Shown here: in pieces, positions 9,396 through 21,594 of the stretch
Layout of the letters: the number at the start of each line of letters is the position of its first letter
Numbering within the stretch: position 1 is the stretch's first letter
DNA from: Nitrospinales bacterium
GTDB lineage: Bacteria > Nitrospinota > Nitrospinia > Nitrospinales > VA-1
Reading direction: 5' to 3'
DNA: 64,000 nt
Assembly (NCBI GenBank): GCA_965223795.1
Contig: CBDCXL010000002.1
Coordinates: forward strand, 2,208,001-2,272,000
Program-made: the position numbers and the translations under genes
Notes under the pieces: generated by a model
Told to the model about the DNA's origin: nothing
The model's database searches: none
What the model saw: only the letters and a program-made list of their open reading frames with translations

Positions 9396-11231
9396 CTAAA
9401 TGGAATAATTGTGGCCGGTCAGGATTTTCTGACCCTTTAAGTAATCGTAGATTTTTTTTGCGGCCTCGCCCTGATTTTTCACTTCTTCCAGGGTCAGCGA
9501 CAGGTTCGCGCTGGCGCCCGGTTCCACTGAGTCTGTGACCTCGATTTCGACCACCGGATACGGTTCCGCCAAAAGCCGGATGTCCGCGTCCTCGTTCTGG
9601 TTGTAGGCGTTGGAGGTGGAGATGACCACATGCCCCGCGTCGAGGAACAGCTTCGCCACCTCGCCGAAGCGCCGCACCGTCTCTTCGGTGGGCGGGCTTT
9701 CCATACTCGGGGCGATGTCCGCCGACACGCCGAGCCGCACGTTGCGCCGGTCCAGCAGATAGCTCTGGAAATTGAGCTTGAACAGCTTTTCCTCCAGGTG
9801 GCGGGCGAGGTCCGCCTTGCCCACGCCGCTTTCCCCGGAAATCAGGATGAGCGCGGCGCGGTGGCCGTTGCGGTAGGCGCGCTCCTCGGATTTGATGTTG
9901 CTCTTCACCCAGTTGAAATCACGCACGCGCACTTCGTCGCGCAGCTTGTCTTCCTTGTTCGAGGGCGTGTAGGTGATGATGATGCCGCCGCCGCAGACGT
10001 CGTATTCGTCGACGATCACGAATCGGCCGGTGGTGGCGCTGGTGCCGAACAGGTCGAACACCACGGGGGTGCGGGTCTTGAAGGTCAGTTCGGCGACGTC
10101 GTTTTTGGCGATGAACTGCTGATTGGGGAGCGTTTCCAGGGTCGAAGCGTCGATCACTTTCTTGAATTCCACCACCTCGCACTCCACCTCCTGCGTGGTC
10201 AGCTTGATGGTGTAGGTGCGTCCCTTTTCCAGATGGCGTTTGCCCATCCAGAACAGGTTGGCGTCGAAGGTGGTGGAGACGATGGGCGGTTCGTCCACGC
10301 GTGTGGCGATGTCGCCGCGTTCGACGAAGATCTGCTCGTCCAGCGTGAAGCCGATCGACTGCGAGGCGTCCGCCTCTTTGGGCTGCTGGGGCACGCTCCA
10401 GGCTTCGATGGAACGGACCATGGCCTTTTTGTTCGACGGGGAAAACATCAGGTGATCGCCGACTTTGAGCCTGCCCGACTCGACACGGCCTGCGATGATG
10501 CGGCGCTGATCGAATTTGTACACGTCCTGCACCGGAAAGCGGAAGGGCAGGTGGCTGGGCGGCAGCTGCTCCTCGAACTGATCCAGCATCTCCAGCACGG
10601 TCGGGCCCTGGTACCAGGGCATCTCGCCGGCTCTCTTGGCGATGTTGACGCCCTGCTTGGCGGAGACCGGAATGAACTGCCTCGCTTCGATGCCGAAGGA
10701 TTTCAAAAAATCGGTGTATTCGGTTTTGATCTTGAAAAACGTTTCCGGGTCGTACTTCACCAGGTCCATCTTGTTGACGACCACCGCCACCTGAGTCAGT
10801 CCCAGAAGTTTCAGGATGTAGCCGTGGCGGCGGGACTGTTCCTGCACGCCTTCGTAAGCGTCGATGAGCAGCAGGGCGGAGTCGGCGTTGGCGGCGCCGG
10901 TGACCATGTTCTTCAAAAACTCCTTGTGGCCGGGCGCGTCGATGATGACGTAGGGCCGCTTGGCGGTGCGGAAAAAAATCTGGCTGGTGTCGATGGTGAT
11001 GCCCTGGTCCTGCTCTTCCTCAAGGGCGTCGAGCAGAAACGCGAACTCGAAGGATTTGCCCTGGCGTTCGCAGATGTCCTTGACGAAATCGAGCTTGCCG
11101 TCGGGCAGGCTGCCGGTGTCGGAAAGCAGTCGGCCGACGAGGGTGGACTTGCCGTGGTCCACGTGCCCGACGATGACCAGCCGCATCTGCCGCGAAGAGG
11201 TTGCGGGCGGGGTGCCGTTGCCGCTCATCAC
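9396..11231 (-). CDS. cysN: Sulfate adenylyltransferase subunit 1 with C-terminal APS-kinase-like domain (CysNC-like)
   Basis: [40 protein letters not shown]; overlaps cysD stop. Confidence 0.93.
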   Translation of the reverse strand: MMSGNGTPPATSSRQMRLVIVGHVDHGKSTLVGRLLSDTGSLPDGKLDFVKDICERQGKSFEFAFLLDALEEEQDQGITIDTSQIFFRTAKRPYVIIDAPGHKEFLKNMVTGAANADSALLLIDAYEGVQEQSRRHGYILKLLGLTQVAVVVNKMDLVKYDPETFFKIKTEYTDFLKSFGIEARQFIPVSAKQGVNIAKRAGEMPWYQGPTVLEMLDQFEEQLPPSHLPFRFPVQDVYKFDQRRIIAGRVESGRLKVGDHLMFSPSNKKAMVRSIEAWSVPQQPKEADASQSIGFTLDEQIFVERGDIATRVDEPPIVSTTFDANLFWMGKRHLEKGRTYTIKLTTQEVECEVVEFKKVIDASTLETLPNQQFIAKNDVAELTFKTRTPVVFDLFGTSATTGRFVIVDEYDVCGGGIIITYTPSNKEDKLRDEVRVRDFNWVKSNIKSEERAYRNGHRAALILISGESGVGKADLARHLEEKLFKLNFQSYLLDRRNVRLGVSADIAPSMESPPTEETVRRFGEVAKLFLDAGHVVISTSNAYNQNEDADIRLLAEPYPVVEIEVTDSVEPGASANLSLTLEEVKNQGEAAKKIYDYLKGQKILTGHNYSI

Positions 11232-12049
11232 ATGTACCCCCGGGCGCGCAGCTTCTGCATGGCGTAGGTGTCCTCCTGGTCCTGCGCGCGGCCGGACCGC
11301 TCGGAAGTCGTCGTGTTGTGCCGGAGCTCCTCGACGATCTCATCGACGTTCTTGGCGGCGGATTCGATGGAACCGGTGCAGGGCGCGCAGCCCAGCGAAC
11401 GGTAGCGCCGTCCCTCCGCGTTGGCGAAGTACAGGTCGATGATGGGAATCTTTTCACGCTGGATGTATTCCCAGACGTTGAGCTCGGTCCAGTGCAGGAT
11501 GGGGTGGATGCGGATGTGCGTGCCTTCCTTGAACGTGGTCTTGAACTGGTCCCACAACTCCGGCGGCTGGTCCTTGAAGTTCCATTCGAAATTCTTGTCG
11601 CGCGGCGAGAAATACCGCTCCTTGGCGCGGGTGCCTTCCTCGTCGCGGCGGATGCCGAGGATGAGGCCGGTGTAGTTCTTCTCGTCCATGACGCTCTGCA
11701 GTCCCTGCGTCTTGAGCGCCTCGCAGCACACCATGCGGCCCATCTCGTGGTTCATGCCCTCGGCGAGGGCTTTCTTGTTCTGTCCCACCACCAGGTTGAG
11801 TCCCCATTCCTTGGCCACGCGGTCGCGGTACTCGATCATCGCGGGGATCTTGTAAGAGGTGTCGATGTGCACCAGCGGGATGGGACAGTGGCCGAAAAAC
11901 GCCTTGCGCGCCAGCCACACCAGCACGGTGGAGTCCTTGCCGATGGACCAGAGCATGGCCAGGTTCTTGAAATTTTTATAGGCTTCGCGCAGGATGAAAA
12001 TGCTTTGGTTTTCCAGTTCGTCCAGATGGTCGGTCATCGTCGGTACCAT
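11228..12049 (-). CDS. cysD: Sulfate adenylyltransferase subunit 2
   Basis: [38 protein letters not shown]. Confidence 0.95.
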   Translation of the reverse strand: MVPTMTDHLDELENQSIFILREAYKNFKNLAMLWSIGKDSTVLVWLARKAFFGHCPIPLVHIDTSYKIPAMIEYRDRVAKEWGLNLVVGQNKKALAEGMNHEMGRMVCCEALKTQGLQSVMDEKNYTGLILGIRRDEEGTRAKERYFSPRDKNFEWNFKDQPPELWDQFKTTFKEGTHIRIHPILHWTELNVWEYIQREKIPIIDLYFANAEGRRYRSLGCAPCTGSIESAAKNVDEIVEELRHNTTTSERSGRAQDQEDTYAMQKLRARGYM

Positions 12050-12106
12050 GGTGTTGTTTGCCGGAACGGCCCCACTGTAGCGTTTTGCGGCCGTTCGGGC
12101 AAGAAT

Positions 12107-13632
12107 TCAGATGTATTCCCGGCGCAGCAGCTCGGGAAAGCGGCAGCGGTGGCAGTTGTTCTGGTTCTGCGTGCAGAAATCCTGATAGATCTGCATGAGG
12201 CCCTGCATGTGCCTGTCGTTCTTGAGGGCCTTGATCCGGTCCCTGTCGCCGCCGAACACGTAATGCTTCATGAAGCGCAGCAGCTTGTTGTCTCCGGTCG
12301 ATTTGCGCGCCTGAAACAGCATGTTGAAACCGGTTTCCAGCTTGAGCGACTTGGCGGCGCGGGCGTAGATCAACCCGATGGGCACGGCCATGTTGATGGT
12401 GATCTCGCCGGAGCGGGCCGGGCCGATCAACTGCTGGCCTTTTTCCAGCCTTTTTCCGCCAGGGGCGAGGTGAAACGCCCAGTAGTCGTCCGCCTCAACA
12501 CAGAAAAAATCAGTGAGTTTCCCCGGAATCGGCCCATTATAACCTTTAGATGCAAAAATGGAAAACGCGGATTTGAATTCGCGCAACAGGGCGGCGAACA
12601 GCCCTTCTTCGCGATGCCTGAGCAACAGGTGCGCGAGTCCGGCGATGCGCCGGTACGGCGAATTCGCGGGGCGGATACCGCCGAATTTCCACATGCCGAA
12701 ATCCAGCGGCGGGGCGGGCAGCCGGCTGCGCAGCGATTCCCACAGCCGCTTGAGCGTGGAAAAGTAGTCTGTGTCCTGCGGCGGCAGTTTTGTGATATCG
12801 AGCGATTTGAAATCGATCATTCCCGCCATGCCGAACAGCACCGCCTGCAGCGTGAGCACCGGACCGGCGGACGTGTCCTCGCTCAGGGTGCACAGGACGT
12901 CGAGGCGCGCCGCCTGAGCCAGCCTGCGGAAAGGCTCTTTGTTGTTGGGGTAGCCCAGCGCTTCGGCGACGGCCTCGTAAAAGGTCTGCTCGTAGCCGTG
13001 CATGAGGATGCGGTCGTGGAAGCGGTCCATCTTGGTCTGGATGCGGGCGTCGCCCGCCGCGTTCAACAGCTCGGCGATACGCTCGTGCGACAACCGGGAA
13101 AACGGTTCGTGGCAGAGGCCGAACTCGCTCTGATGGTGCTGCGGGTAGTCTTCAAAATCCAGCTCGTCCTTGAGATCGAGGATGCCCTTGGTCAGATGGT
13201 CTTTGATCTCAAGCTCAAAGCGGGGCAAAAGCGCATCGTCGGTGGGCCGGGTTCGCCCGGGGCTGCGCCAGAGGTACACGTGCAGGATCACCCGTTCGTA
13301 GTCGGGGTCGCCGGAATGCGCCAGCGCGTCCCAGTCGCCGGAATAGATGTGGATCTCCACGTCGCCCTCGTGGATCTCGCCGTCGACCTTGATAGCGGCG
13401 GATTTGAAATCCGGGCCCGGCCCGAAATTCCAGTAACCGGGAAACAGGATCTTAAGCGTTTCCCCATTTTGCGTTTTAAGGGTGGTGTTCTTGAACAGCT
13501 GTGCGTTCCACACGCAGCGCACGGTTTTCTCGGGAACGCGGATCTGCGGCAAACCGGGAACGGCGGTCACCCGGTTCAGATCCCGGGCGAAGGACCGGTA
13601 CGGATTGGCGGATCCGGAATGCGGCGCGGGCA

Positions 13633-13648
<16 letters not shown>
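12107..13648 (-). CDS. DUF2851-like protein
   Basis: PGYWNFGPGPDF, GDVEIH, HSGDPDYERVILHV, LGYPNNKEPF, RPANSPYRRIA, C-terminal Cys cluster; start uncertain (13648 or 13636). Confidence 0.8.
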
Positions 13649-15078
<1,430 letters not shown>

Positions 15079-15198
15079 GGCGTCAAAGTAGCATTGTGGT
15101 TTCGGCAAAGTCAAACGAAAGCAGGGCCTCCGGGACGCGCGCCAAAGCGGTGCCTGCAGTGGTCCTGAGCGCGGGCGAACGGGACGGGAACGCCGGGA

Positions 15199-17178
15199 TC
15201 ACTTGCTCTCGAATTCCGGGTTCAGGCGCGCTTCCAGCTCGCGGACGTTGTTGCGCAGCTGGCTGACGACGAACTCGGCCTTGTTTTTGAGGATCTCCTC
15301 GGTCACTTCGCCTTTTTTCACGCCGATGCCGGAGATCATCTTGCGGATTTCGTCGAGTTTTCTTTCCAGCTGGATGCTGCGCCGGTGGCTGAAGCTTTTG
15401 GCGATGGCGCCCTTCAGGCCCTCGCCGTCGAAATGCTTGGTGATGGCCATGAGCATGCGTTTGCGGGGGATGGATTTTTTACCCTGCTTCCAATCCTCGA
15501 TGGCCTGAAACATTTCCTTTTCGATGTTGTCGACGATGGCGTTGTAGTCGGTCGGGTCCACCAGATCGTGGATCTCTCCGGGTTTGGACGCCGAGGCGAT
15601 GGTGAAGTCGATGTTCTGGTCGTCGCCGTTGAGCTCGATGGGCTTGAGCTGCTTTTCCACGATGGCGGGATCGAGGCTGGGGTGCCACACCTGCAGCAGG
15701 TACCCCTGGCTCTTGACCTTGTCGAAGCTGTATTCGCCGTTCTCGTCCGGTTCGGTGTGGTAGCCGTTGGGGACGACGAAGATCGTTCCCAGCATGTCCT
15801 TGTGCATGTTGCAGCGCAGCACCACGGGACCGGCCTGGGTGAATTCGAGGGTCTTTTGCGAACCCGCCGCCATGGCGCCCAGGTTGAACTGGTTGTTGCG
15901 CGACTTGGAATAGATGTTGTGCACTTCGCGGTCCTGGTTGACGAAGGTGACCTTGGAGCCGACCGGGACGACGCTGTGCTGGGGAATGAACTGCAGGCCG
16001 CTCTGCACCACCTTGAGTTCCACGGTTTTCTGGTTGGGAACGCGCAGCTTGTTCTTGGTCTCGAGAAACACCACCGAGGGCCGGGTGATGGGCTGGCCAT
16101 TCACCTTGATGACGCCCTTCAGGTTGGTGGTTTCCTTTTTCATCTTGGAGCCTTCCATCTTGGACCCTTCCGCCTTGTGGTCGGACCCTTCGGATTTTTT
16201 GACTTCCGGTTCTTTGGCGGGCTCAGGCTCCTTTTGCGGCTCCGCCTTGGCCTGCTCGATGGTTTCGGCTTTTTCCGGTTCGGGCGCGGGCGTGTTCGGG
16301 GTGTAGCGGCCCATCGCGGTCAACAGCTGGATGACGAACGGTTTCTCGAAGGATTTGTCGATGGCGATGGCGCGCTCGAACGGATCCGCCGCCTCTTCGT
16401 ATTTCTTCTGAATGCCGAGCACCACGCCAAGATTGAAATGCGCCCAGCCGAAATCGGGATTCAGCTCGATGGCCTTGCGGTAGCTGGCTTCCTCCTCGGC
16501 GTACATTTTCTTCTGGCCGTAGCTTTTACCCAGGTAATTGTAGGCAAGGTAGTTGTCCGGCTCCAGTTGCAGCGTTTTTTTGAACAGGCGGATGGCTTCG
16601 TCCGATTCGCGCTGCTCCACGGCGGTCATGCCCCAGTTGAACAGGATCTCCACGTCGTCGGGCGCCAGTTCATGCGCGCGGGCGAACTTCTTGCTCGCGC
16701 CCTGGAAGCGCTTCTGCATGCGCAGCGCCGCGCCCCAGATGGAGAACAGTTCTGGCGAATCGGGAGCGATCTTCGCGGCCTTTTCAAACTCCAGCGCGCC
16801 GGCGTTGAATTTTCCCTGTTCGGTGAGTTCCATGCCCTTGGAGATGTGTTCCAGCGCTTCGCGCGGCAGGTTCACGCCCGAAGGGGGCGAGGGAGCCGCG
16901 GCGGTTTCGGCGACGGGATCGGCGTCGTGGGTGCGGGCCAGGGTTTCGGAATCGTCGTCGGCGGGTTTTGTTTCTTTCTCTGCCGCCTGGACGGAGGTTT
17001 TCTTGAATTTGGTGTAGGGCTCGAGCTGGCTTTGCGGGCTCGAATAGTGCATCAGCGCCCAGGCGATGCCCGCGGTGACGGCGAACCACAACAGCGGCGC
17101 GGTGAACCGGCGCGCCGGTTTTCCGGCGGATTGAGGATGGGGATTGTGGGATTTTCTGGTTTTCTTTGTGGAACCCAT
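15199..17178 (-). CDS. Membrane-anchored TPR protein with cupredoxin-like domain
   Basis: N-terminal TM, several TPR-like helices (AYNYLG, AHFNLG), linker, then VHNIYS...LRCNMHKDM. Confidence 0.8.
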   Translation of the reverse strand: MGSTKKTRKSHNPHPQSAGKPARRFTAPLLWFAVTAGIAWALMHYSSPQSQLEPYTKFKKTSVQAAEKETKPADDDSETLARTHDADPVAETAAAPSPPSGVNLPREALEHISKGMELTEQGKFNAGALEFEKAAKIAPDSPELFSIWGAALRMQKRFQGASKKFARAHELAPDDVEILFNWGMTAVEQRESDEAIRLFKKTLQLEPDNYLAYNYLGKSYGQKKMYAEEEASYRKAIELNPDFGWAHFNLGVVLGIQKKYEEAADPFERAIAIDKSFEKPFVIQLLTAMGRYTPNTPAPEPEKAETIEQAKAEPQKEPEPAKEPEVKKSEGSDHKAEGSKMEGSKMKKETTNLKGVIKVNGQPITRPSVVFLETKNKLRVPNQKTVELKVVQSGLQFIPQHSVVPVGSKVTFVNQDREVHNIYSKSRNNQFNLGAMAAGSQKTLEFTQAGPVVLRCNMHKDMLGTIFVVPNGYHTEPDENGEYSFDKVKSQGYLLQVWHPSLDPAIVEKQLKPIELNGDDQNIDFTIASASKPGEIHDLVDPTDYNAIVDNIEKEMFQAIEDWKQGKKSIPRKRMLMAITKHFDGEGLKGAIAKSFSHRRSIQLERKLDEIRKMISGIGVKKGEVTEEILKNKAEFVVSQLRNNVRELEARLNPEFESK

Positions 17179-17341
17179 GAACGGCGACCTCTATGCGCTG
17201 CGATTGATGGAATTTTGCATGAACCAGCCCTTAAAGACCTCCAGGCCGCGCGTCTATTCCCCATGCTGCCGTAAATACCGGAAGATGGGGGAGCAAGCGG
17301 GCGTTGCAGGACCGGGTGAAGGGCGTGTCTGTACTTTTCCG

Positions 17342-17593
17342 CTACAATTCGGAACGAAGCCTGGGAATCGGCAATTTGAAGATGTCCTTGTTGGGATAAT
17401 CGTCGATGGTCGCCGGCTTTTTCTTGCTCGCGGCGGAGACCCCCTGGATTTTCGAGGAAAAGGTGGAAAATTTATGCCTCACCCGGGAGGAACCGCATTC
17501 GGAACAGGTGGTTTCCTCCTTGTTCACGGAAGCGGACTGCAACAACGTGAATTCCTGCTGACACTCTTCACAATGGTATTCGTACAGGGGCAT
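17342..17593 (-). CDS. FmdB family zinc-ribbon protein
   Basis: MPLYEYHCEEC...CSECGS. Confidence 0.9.
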   Translation of the reverse strand: MPLYEYHCEECQQEFTLLQSASVNKEETTCSECGSSRVRHKFSTFSSKIQGVSAASKKKPATIDDYPNKDIFKLPIPRLRSEL

Positions 17594-17749
17594 GGAGTTT
17601 TCTCAAGCCTTTAGCAAATATCTGGTTGAAATCATGAGAATATTAGGATTAAATCATAGCCCCAAACGGCCTGTCAATCGGATTTTCCCTCACCCGGCGG
17701 GCTTTCGGGGCGTCTCTGCAATTCCTTTTGAACAAAGCACTTTAAAAGC

Positions 17750-18940
17750 TTGAGGTGGGTTGTGGGCCAGACTGCGAAATCGCCGGACAAGCGCCTCCTC
17801 CACGCGCTCGAAGGCAGGTCCGGATACCTGCCCTGCCAGATGATCGAGCAGGCCTATCTGGAAGGGCACATCCACGCCGAATCGCCGGTATTTCAGACCC
17901 AGTTTCAGCCGGTCAGCCTGGATCTCAGGCTGGGCGCCAAGGCGCACCGCATCCAGTGCAGCTTTCTGCCGGAGAACGAGACGGTCGAGAGCAAGCTCAA
18001 GGAAGTGGCGTTGTACGAGTTCGATCTTCTGGGTGCAGGCGGGGTGCTGGAAAAAGGCGCCATCTACCTCATCCCGCTTTTAGAGGAGGTGAACTTCCCG
18101 CCAGAGCTGTTCGGCCTCGCCAATCCCAAAAGCTCCACCGGGCGGCTGGACATGTTCACGCGCGTCATCGTCGACCACGGCCACCGGTTCGATGAGATCC
18201 CCGCCGGGCACAAGGGCAAGCTGTATCTTGAAATCATTCCGCGCTCGTTTCCGGTGAAGGTGAAAGCCGGATTGTCGCTCAACCAGCTGCGCGTCGGCAG
18301 CACCGCTTCGGTGACGCTGGAAAAACAGAGCCTCGCGGAAGATTACAAAAAAAGCCCGATTCTGTTCGACCGCGAAGGCGCCGAGATCCCGTTCGAAAAC
18401 GTCAAGGTGGACAGCGGGCTGTTCATCGGCGTCGACCTTTGCGGCGGCGGCGAGCAGGACATCATCGCCTACAAGGCGAAAACCAACTCCAGCATCATCG
18501 ACCTGTCGAAGACGCATCATTACGAGCCGCTGGAGTTCTGGGAACCGATCTACCGCACGCGCAACAACCGGCTGATTCTGGAACCGGAGAGTTTTTACAT
18601 CATGATGTCGAAGGAGAAAGTCTGCATCTGGCCGCACCTGCTCGCCGAGATGGTGGCGTGGGAGCCGAACAGCGGCGAGTTGAGAACGCATTACGCGGGC
18701 TTTTTCGATCCGGGGTTCGGCTGGAACCAGACGGATTCGAAGCACGGCCAGGGGACCTGCGCGGTCATGGAAGTGCGGCCGCACGACGTGCCGTTCATGG
18801 TGGAGGATGGGCAGACGTTCTGCCGCCTGAAGTTCGAGCAGATGGTGGATGAGCCCGACAAGGTGTACGGCAAAAACATCGAGTCCCACTACCACTCCCA
18901 GGGCCTCGCGCTCAGCAAGTACTTCAAAACCGATTCCTGA
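17750..18940 (+). CDS. dcd: dCTP deaminase (long two-domain type)
   Basis: QPVSLDLRLG, ANPKSSTGRLD, HYAGFFDPGFG, EVRPHDVPF, YHSQGLALSKYF; start uncertain. Confidence 0.88.
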   Translation: MRWVVGQTAKSPDKRLLHALEGRSGYLPCQMIEQAYLEGHIHAESPVFQTQFQPVSLDLRLGAKAHRIQCSFLPENETVESKLKEVALYEFDLLGAGGVLEKGAIYLIPLLEEVNFPPELFGLANPKSSTGRLDMFTRVIVDHGHRFDEIPAGHKGKLYLEIIPRSFPVKVKAGLSLNQLRVGSTASVTLEKQSLAEDYKKSPILFDREGAEIPFENVKVDSGLFIGVDLCGGGEQDIIAYKAKTNSSIIDLSKTHHYEPLEFWEPIYRTRNNRLILEPESFYIMMSKEKVCIWPHLLAEMVAWEPNSGELRTHYAGFFDPGFGWNQTDSKHGQGTCAVMEVRPHDVPFMVEDGQTFCRLKFEQMVDEPDKVYGKNIESHYHSQGLALSKYFKTDS

Positions 18941-19060
18941 TTTTTCTCAGCGCTTTCATCTCTTTCTCAACGCGTGCGCGCGGCAGCAATTTTATTGCCG
19001 GGGCGCTTGGGGATCGCAACGGATTGTATTAGAATGGACGGGTGAGAAAGGAACACGCCT

Positions 19061-19759
19061 GTGGAACGCGAAGAACTCAAAGCCATCACCGAAAACCTGC
19101 TGCTCGCCTCGGACATTCCCGTGAGCGCGGACGATCTGCAGCGCACGGTCTCCAACGCCACGGAGAAAGCCGAGTGGCGCTCGATCCTGGAGGAAATCCA
19201 GGAGGAGTACCGCGCGCGCAACCTGCAGGTGACGGAAGTCGCCGAGGGCTTTCAGCTGAGCACCCGGCATGAGTATTCGGAATGGATCCGCAAGTTCCTC
19301 AAGATCGACAAGTCGACCAAGCTGTCGCAGCCGAGCCTCGACACGCTGTCCATTATCGCCTACAAGCAGCCGCTGACGCGGCAGGAGGTGGAGGACATCC
19401 GCGGCGTCGATTCCAGCGGCGTGATCAAGACGCTGCTCGAGAAAAAGATCATCGGCCCCGCCGGGCGCAAGAAGGTCCCGGGACGGCCCATCATGTACCG
19501 CACCACGCGCAAGTTCCTGGAATACTTCGGCCTCAAGGATCTGGGCGATCTGCCGACGCTGGAGGATTTCAAGGAGGAACTGGCGGGCGAGCTGGACGGC
19601 GCCGCGCAGGAGTCGATCGGCTTCGACGAGGCGGATGCGGACGGCGCGGCGGCAGCCGAAGCGGCCGATTCGATGCCGGAGACCGCAGCGGTGGAAGTGG
19701 CGACGGGTGAGGAACCCGGCGCACCGGCAGACGGGGAGGAAACGGATCCCGCTGGATGA
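19061..19759 (+). CDS. scpB: SMC-Scp complex subunit ScpB
   Basis: TLSIIAYKQPLTRQEVEDIRGV, PGRPIMYRTT, FLEYFGL, acidic tail. Confidence 0.95.
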   Translation: MEREELKAITENLLLASDIPVSADDLQRTVSNATEKAEWRSILEEIQEEYRARNLQVTEVAEGFQLSTRHEYSEWIRKFLKIDKSTKLSQPSLDTLSIIAYKQPLTRQEVEDIRGVDSSGVIKTLLEKKIIGPAGRKKVPGRPIMYRTTRKFLEYFGLKDLGDLPTLEDFKEELAGELDGAAQESIGFDEADADGAAAAEAADSMPETAAVEVATGEEPGAPADGEETDPAG

Positions 19760-19780
19760 GGGCGCTGGGATCGGGATGCC

Positions 19781-20521
19781 ATGAAACAGCGCCTGCATAA
19801 AATCATCGCCGAGGCGGGGCTGGCCTCGCGCCGGGAAGCGGAACGGTGGATTGCGGAAGGTAAAATCCGGGTCAACAACCAGGTGGTCGATCAGCCTGGA
19901 ACGCTCGCCGACCCCGCCGTCGATAAAATCAAAATCAAGGGGAAGCTGCTTCCTCCTCCGAGCAAGAAAGCCTACCTCATTTTAAACAAGCCACCAAGCT
20001 GCCTCACCACGACGGCCAAGGACGCGCGCGGACGCAAAACAGTGATGGACTTCGTCGCCAAGGTGCCGGTGCGGGTGTTCCCGGTGGGAAGGCTGGATTA
20101 CAACACGCAGGGAGTGCTGCTGTTCACCAACGACGGCAGCCTGTCGCGCAAACTTCTCGATCCCAGGTCCGGTGTCGAGCGCGTCTACCAGGTGCGGGTG
20201 CGCGGGGTGCCGGATGAAAAGTCGCTGCGCAAACTGAAACGCGGCGTGCGGCTCGACGACAAGCCGACCGCTCCCATCGACGCGACGATCCAGCGCATCA
20301 CCGGGAAGAACGCGGTGTTGACCATGAAGCTGGTTGAAGGCAAATACCGGCACATCAAACGCGTGTGCGAAAAGATCGGCTATCCCGCGATCAAACTGAA
20401 ACGCACGCATTTTGCGCATCTGAATCTTTCGGGACTGCCGCTGGGCAGCTGCCGGTTTTTGACGCCGAGAGAGATCAAGTCTCTGCACGCCTGCGTCGCG
20501 CCGCGGCCGCGGGCTTCCTGA
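19781..20521 (+). CDS. rluB: rRNA pseudouridine synthase (RluB/RsuA family)
   Basis: S4 domain (RLHKIIAEAGLASRREAE), VGRLDYNTQG catalytic motif; follows scpB. Confidence 0.88.
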   Translation: MKQRLHKIIAEAGLASRREAERWIAEGKIRVNNQVVDQPGTLADPAVDKIKIKGKLLPPPSKKAYLILNKPPSCLTTTAKDARGRKTVMDFVAKVPVRVFPVGRLDYNTQGVLLFTNDGSLSRKLLDPRSGVERVYQVRVRGVPDEKSLRKLKRGVRLDDKPTAPIDATIQRITGKNAVLTMKLVEGKYRHIKRVCEKIGYPAIKLKRTHFAHLNLSGLPLGSCRFLTPREIKSLHACVAPRPRAS

Positions 20522-20613
20522 AGCAGGCGGGACGGGTGCTGCCTCCGGCGTGTGCGGCCGGTTCGCGCAGAAGCCGGGAGTTTGATTTTTATTCAACAGT
20601 CAGGACGATCTGC

Positions 20614-21594
20614 ATGAAACGTTTTTTGTGGATGTTTGTGTTCGCCATCATGGGCGCTGCTTTTTTGGGAGCAGCGGCTCCGGCCGCAGCGGAAGGACCG
20701 CTCTCGCTGACGCACGAAGCGAGCGCGAAGGTTCCGGTCAAGAACAACAATTTCGTGGTCGCGCGCAACCGGGCGGTCTCCATCGCGCTGGGAACGGCGG
20801 TGGAAGAAGCGTTCAAGGAGATGATGGGCGAGCAGAAATTCGAAGCGAGCCGCAAGGATCTCAAGCCGTTTTTGAAGCGTCCCGATCGTTATGTGCAGAG
20901 TTACCGTTTCCTGGAGGCGTTCGACGATCCTCTGGAGAAGACCAGTGAAGTGTCGCTGGAAGTGACCCTGTTTCCCAATGCGGTGGGGCAGTCTCTCGGC
21001 CAGCTGGGCGTTCCGGTGGGACACGAAAGCGCGAAGAACGTCATCGTGCTGATCCAGGAGAAAAGTTTCACCTCCGAGGCGCAGGATTCGTTCTGGGAAG
21101 TGGTTCCCATCTCGGAGACGGCGCTGATCCAGAATCTGAGGGAAGCGGGCGTGCCGGTGCTGCCGCGCGAAAGGGTGCAGAACGCGGTGTCCGAGGAAAC
21201 CGTGCTGAGCGCGGTGCAGGGCAACATGGACGACGCGGTGAACGTCGGGTTGAAATCGGGCGCGGACATCGTGGTGCTCGGCAACGCCGCTTCCACGCAG
21301 AGACCGCTGGGCGGCGGCCGCGAGATGGATGCGATCCAGACCAGCATCAGCGTGCGGGCCATCTCCGCCCTGACCTCCACGGTGATCGCGGCGAAGAGCG
21401 ACTTCGCCTCGGCGGAGCATGAAGATCCTCTGGCCGGCGAACTGGAAGCGTTCGGCAAAGTCAGCGACCAGATCGCGGCGTTTCTCCTGCCTTCGATCCG
21501 CCGCTACTGGGAACGGGGCGCCGCTCCCCAGCCACCCGTCACGGCGGCGCCGCGGACCACAACGGCCCCGCCGCTGCCGATGAACGACCTTTGA
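20614..21594 (+). CDS. Exported hypothetical protein
   Basis: Signal peptide MKRFLWMFVFAIMGAAFLGAAAPAAA at ATG 20614; in operon-like run. Confidence 0.75.
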   Translation: MKRFLWMFVFAIMGAAFLGAAAPAAAEGPLSLTHEASAKVPVKNNNFVVARNRAVSIALGTAVEEAFKEMMGEQKFEASRKDLKPFLKRPDRYVQSYRFLEAFDDPLEKTSEVSLEVTLFPNAVGQSLGQLGVPVGHESAKNVIVLIQEKSFTSEAQDSFWEVVPISETALIQNLREAGVPVLPRERVQNAVSEETVLSAVQGNMDDAVNVGLKSGADIVVLGNAASTQRPLGGGREMDAIQTSISVRAISALTSTVIAAKSDFASAEHEDPLAGELEAFGKVSDQIAAFLLPSIRRYWERGAAPQPPVTAAPRTTTAPPLPMNDL

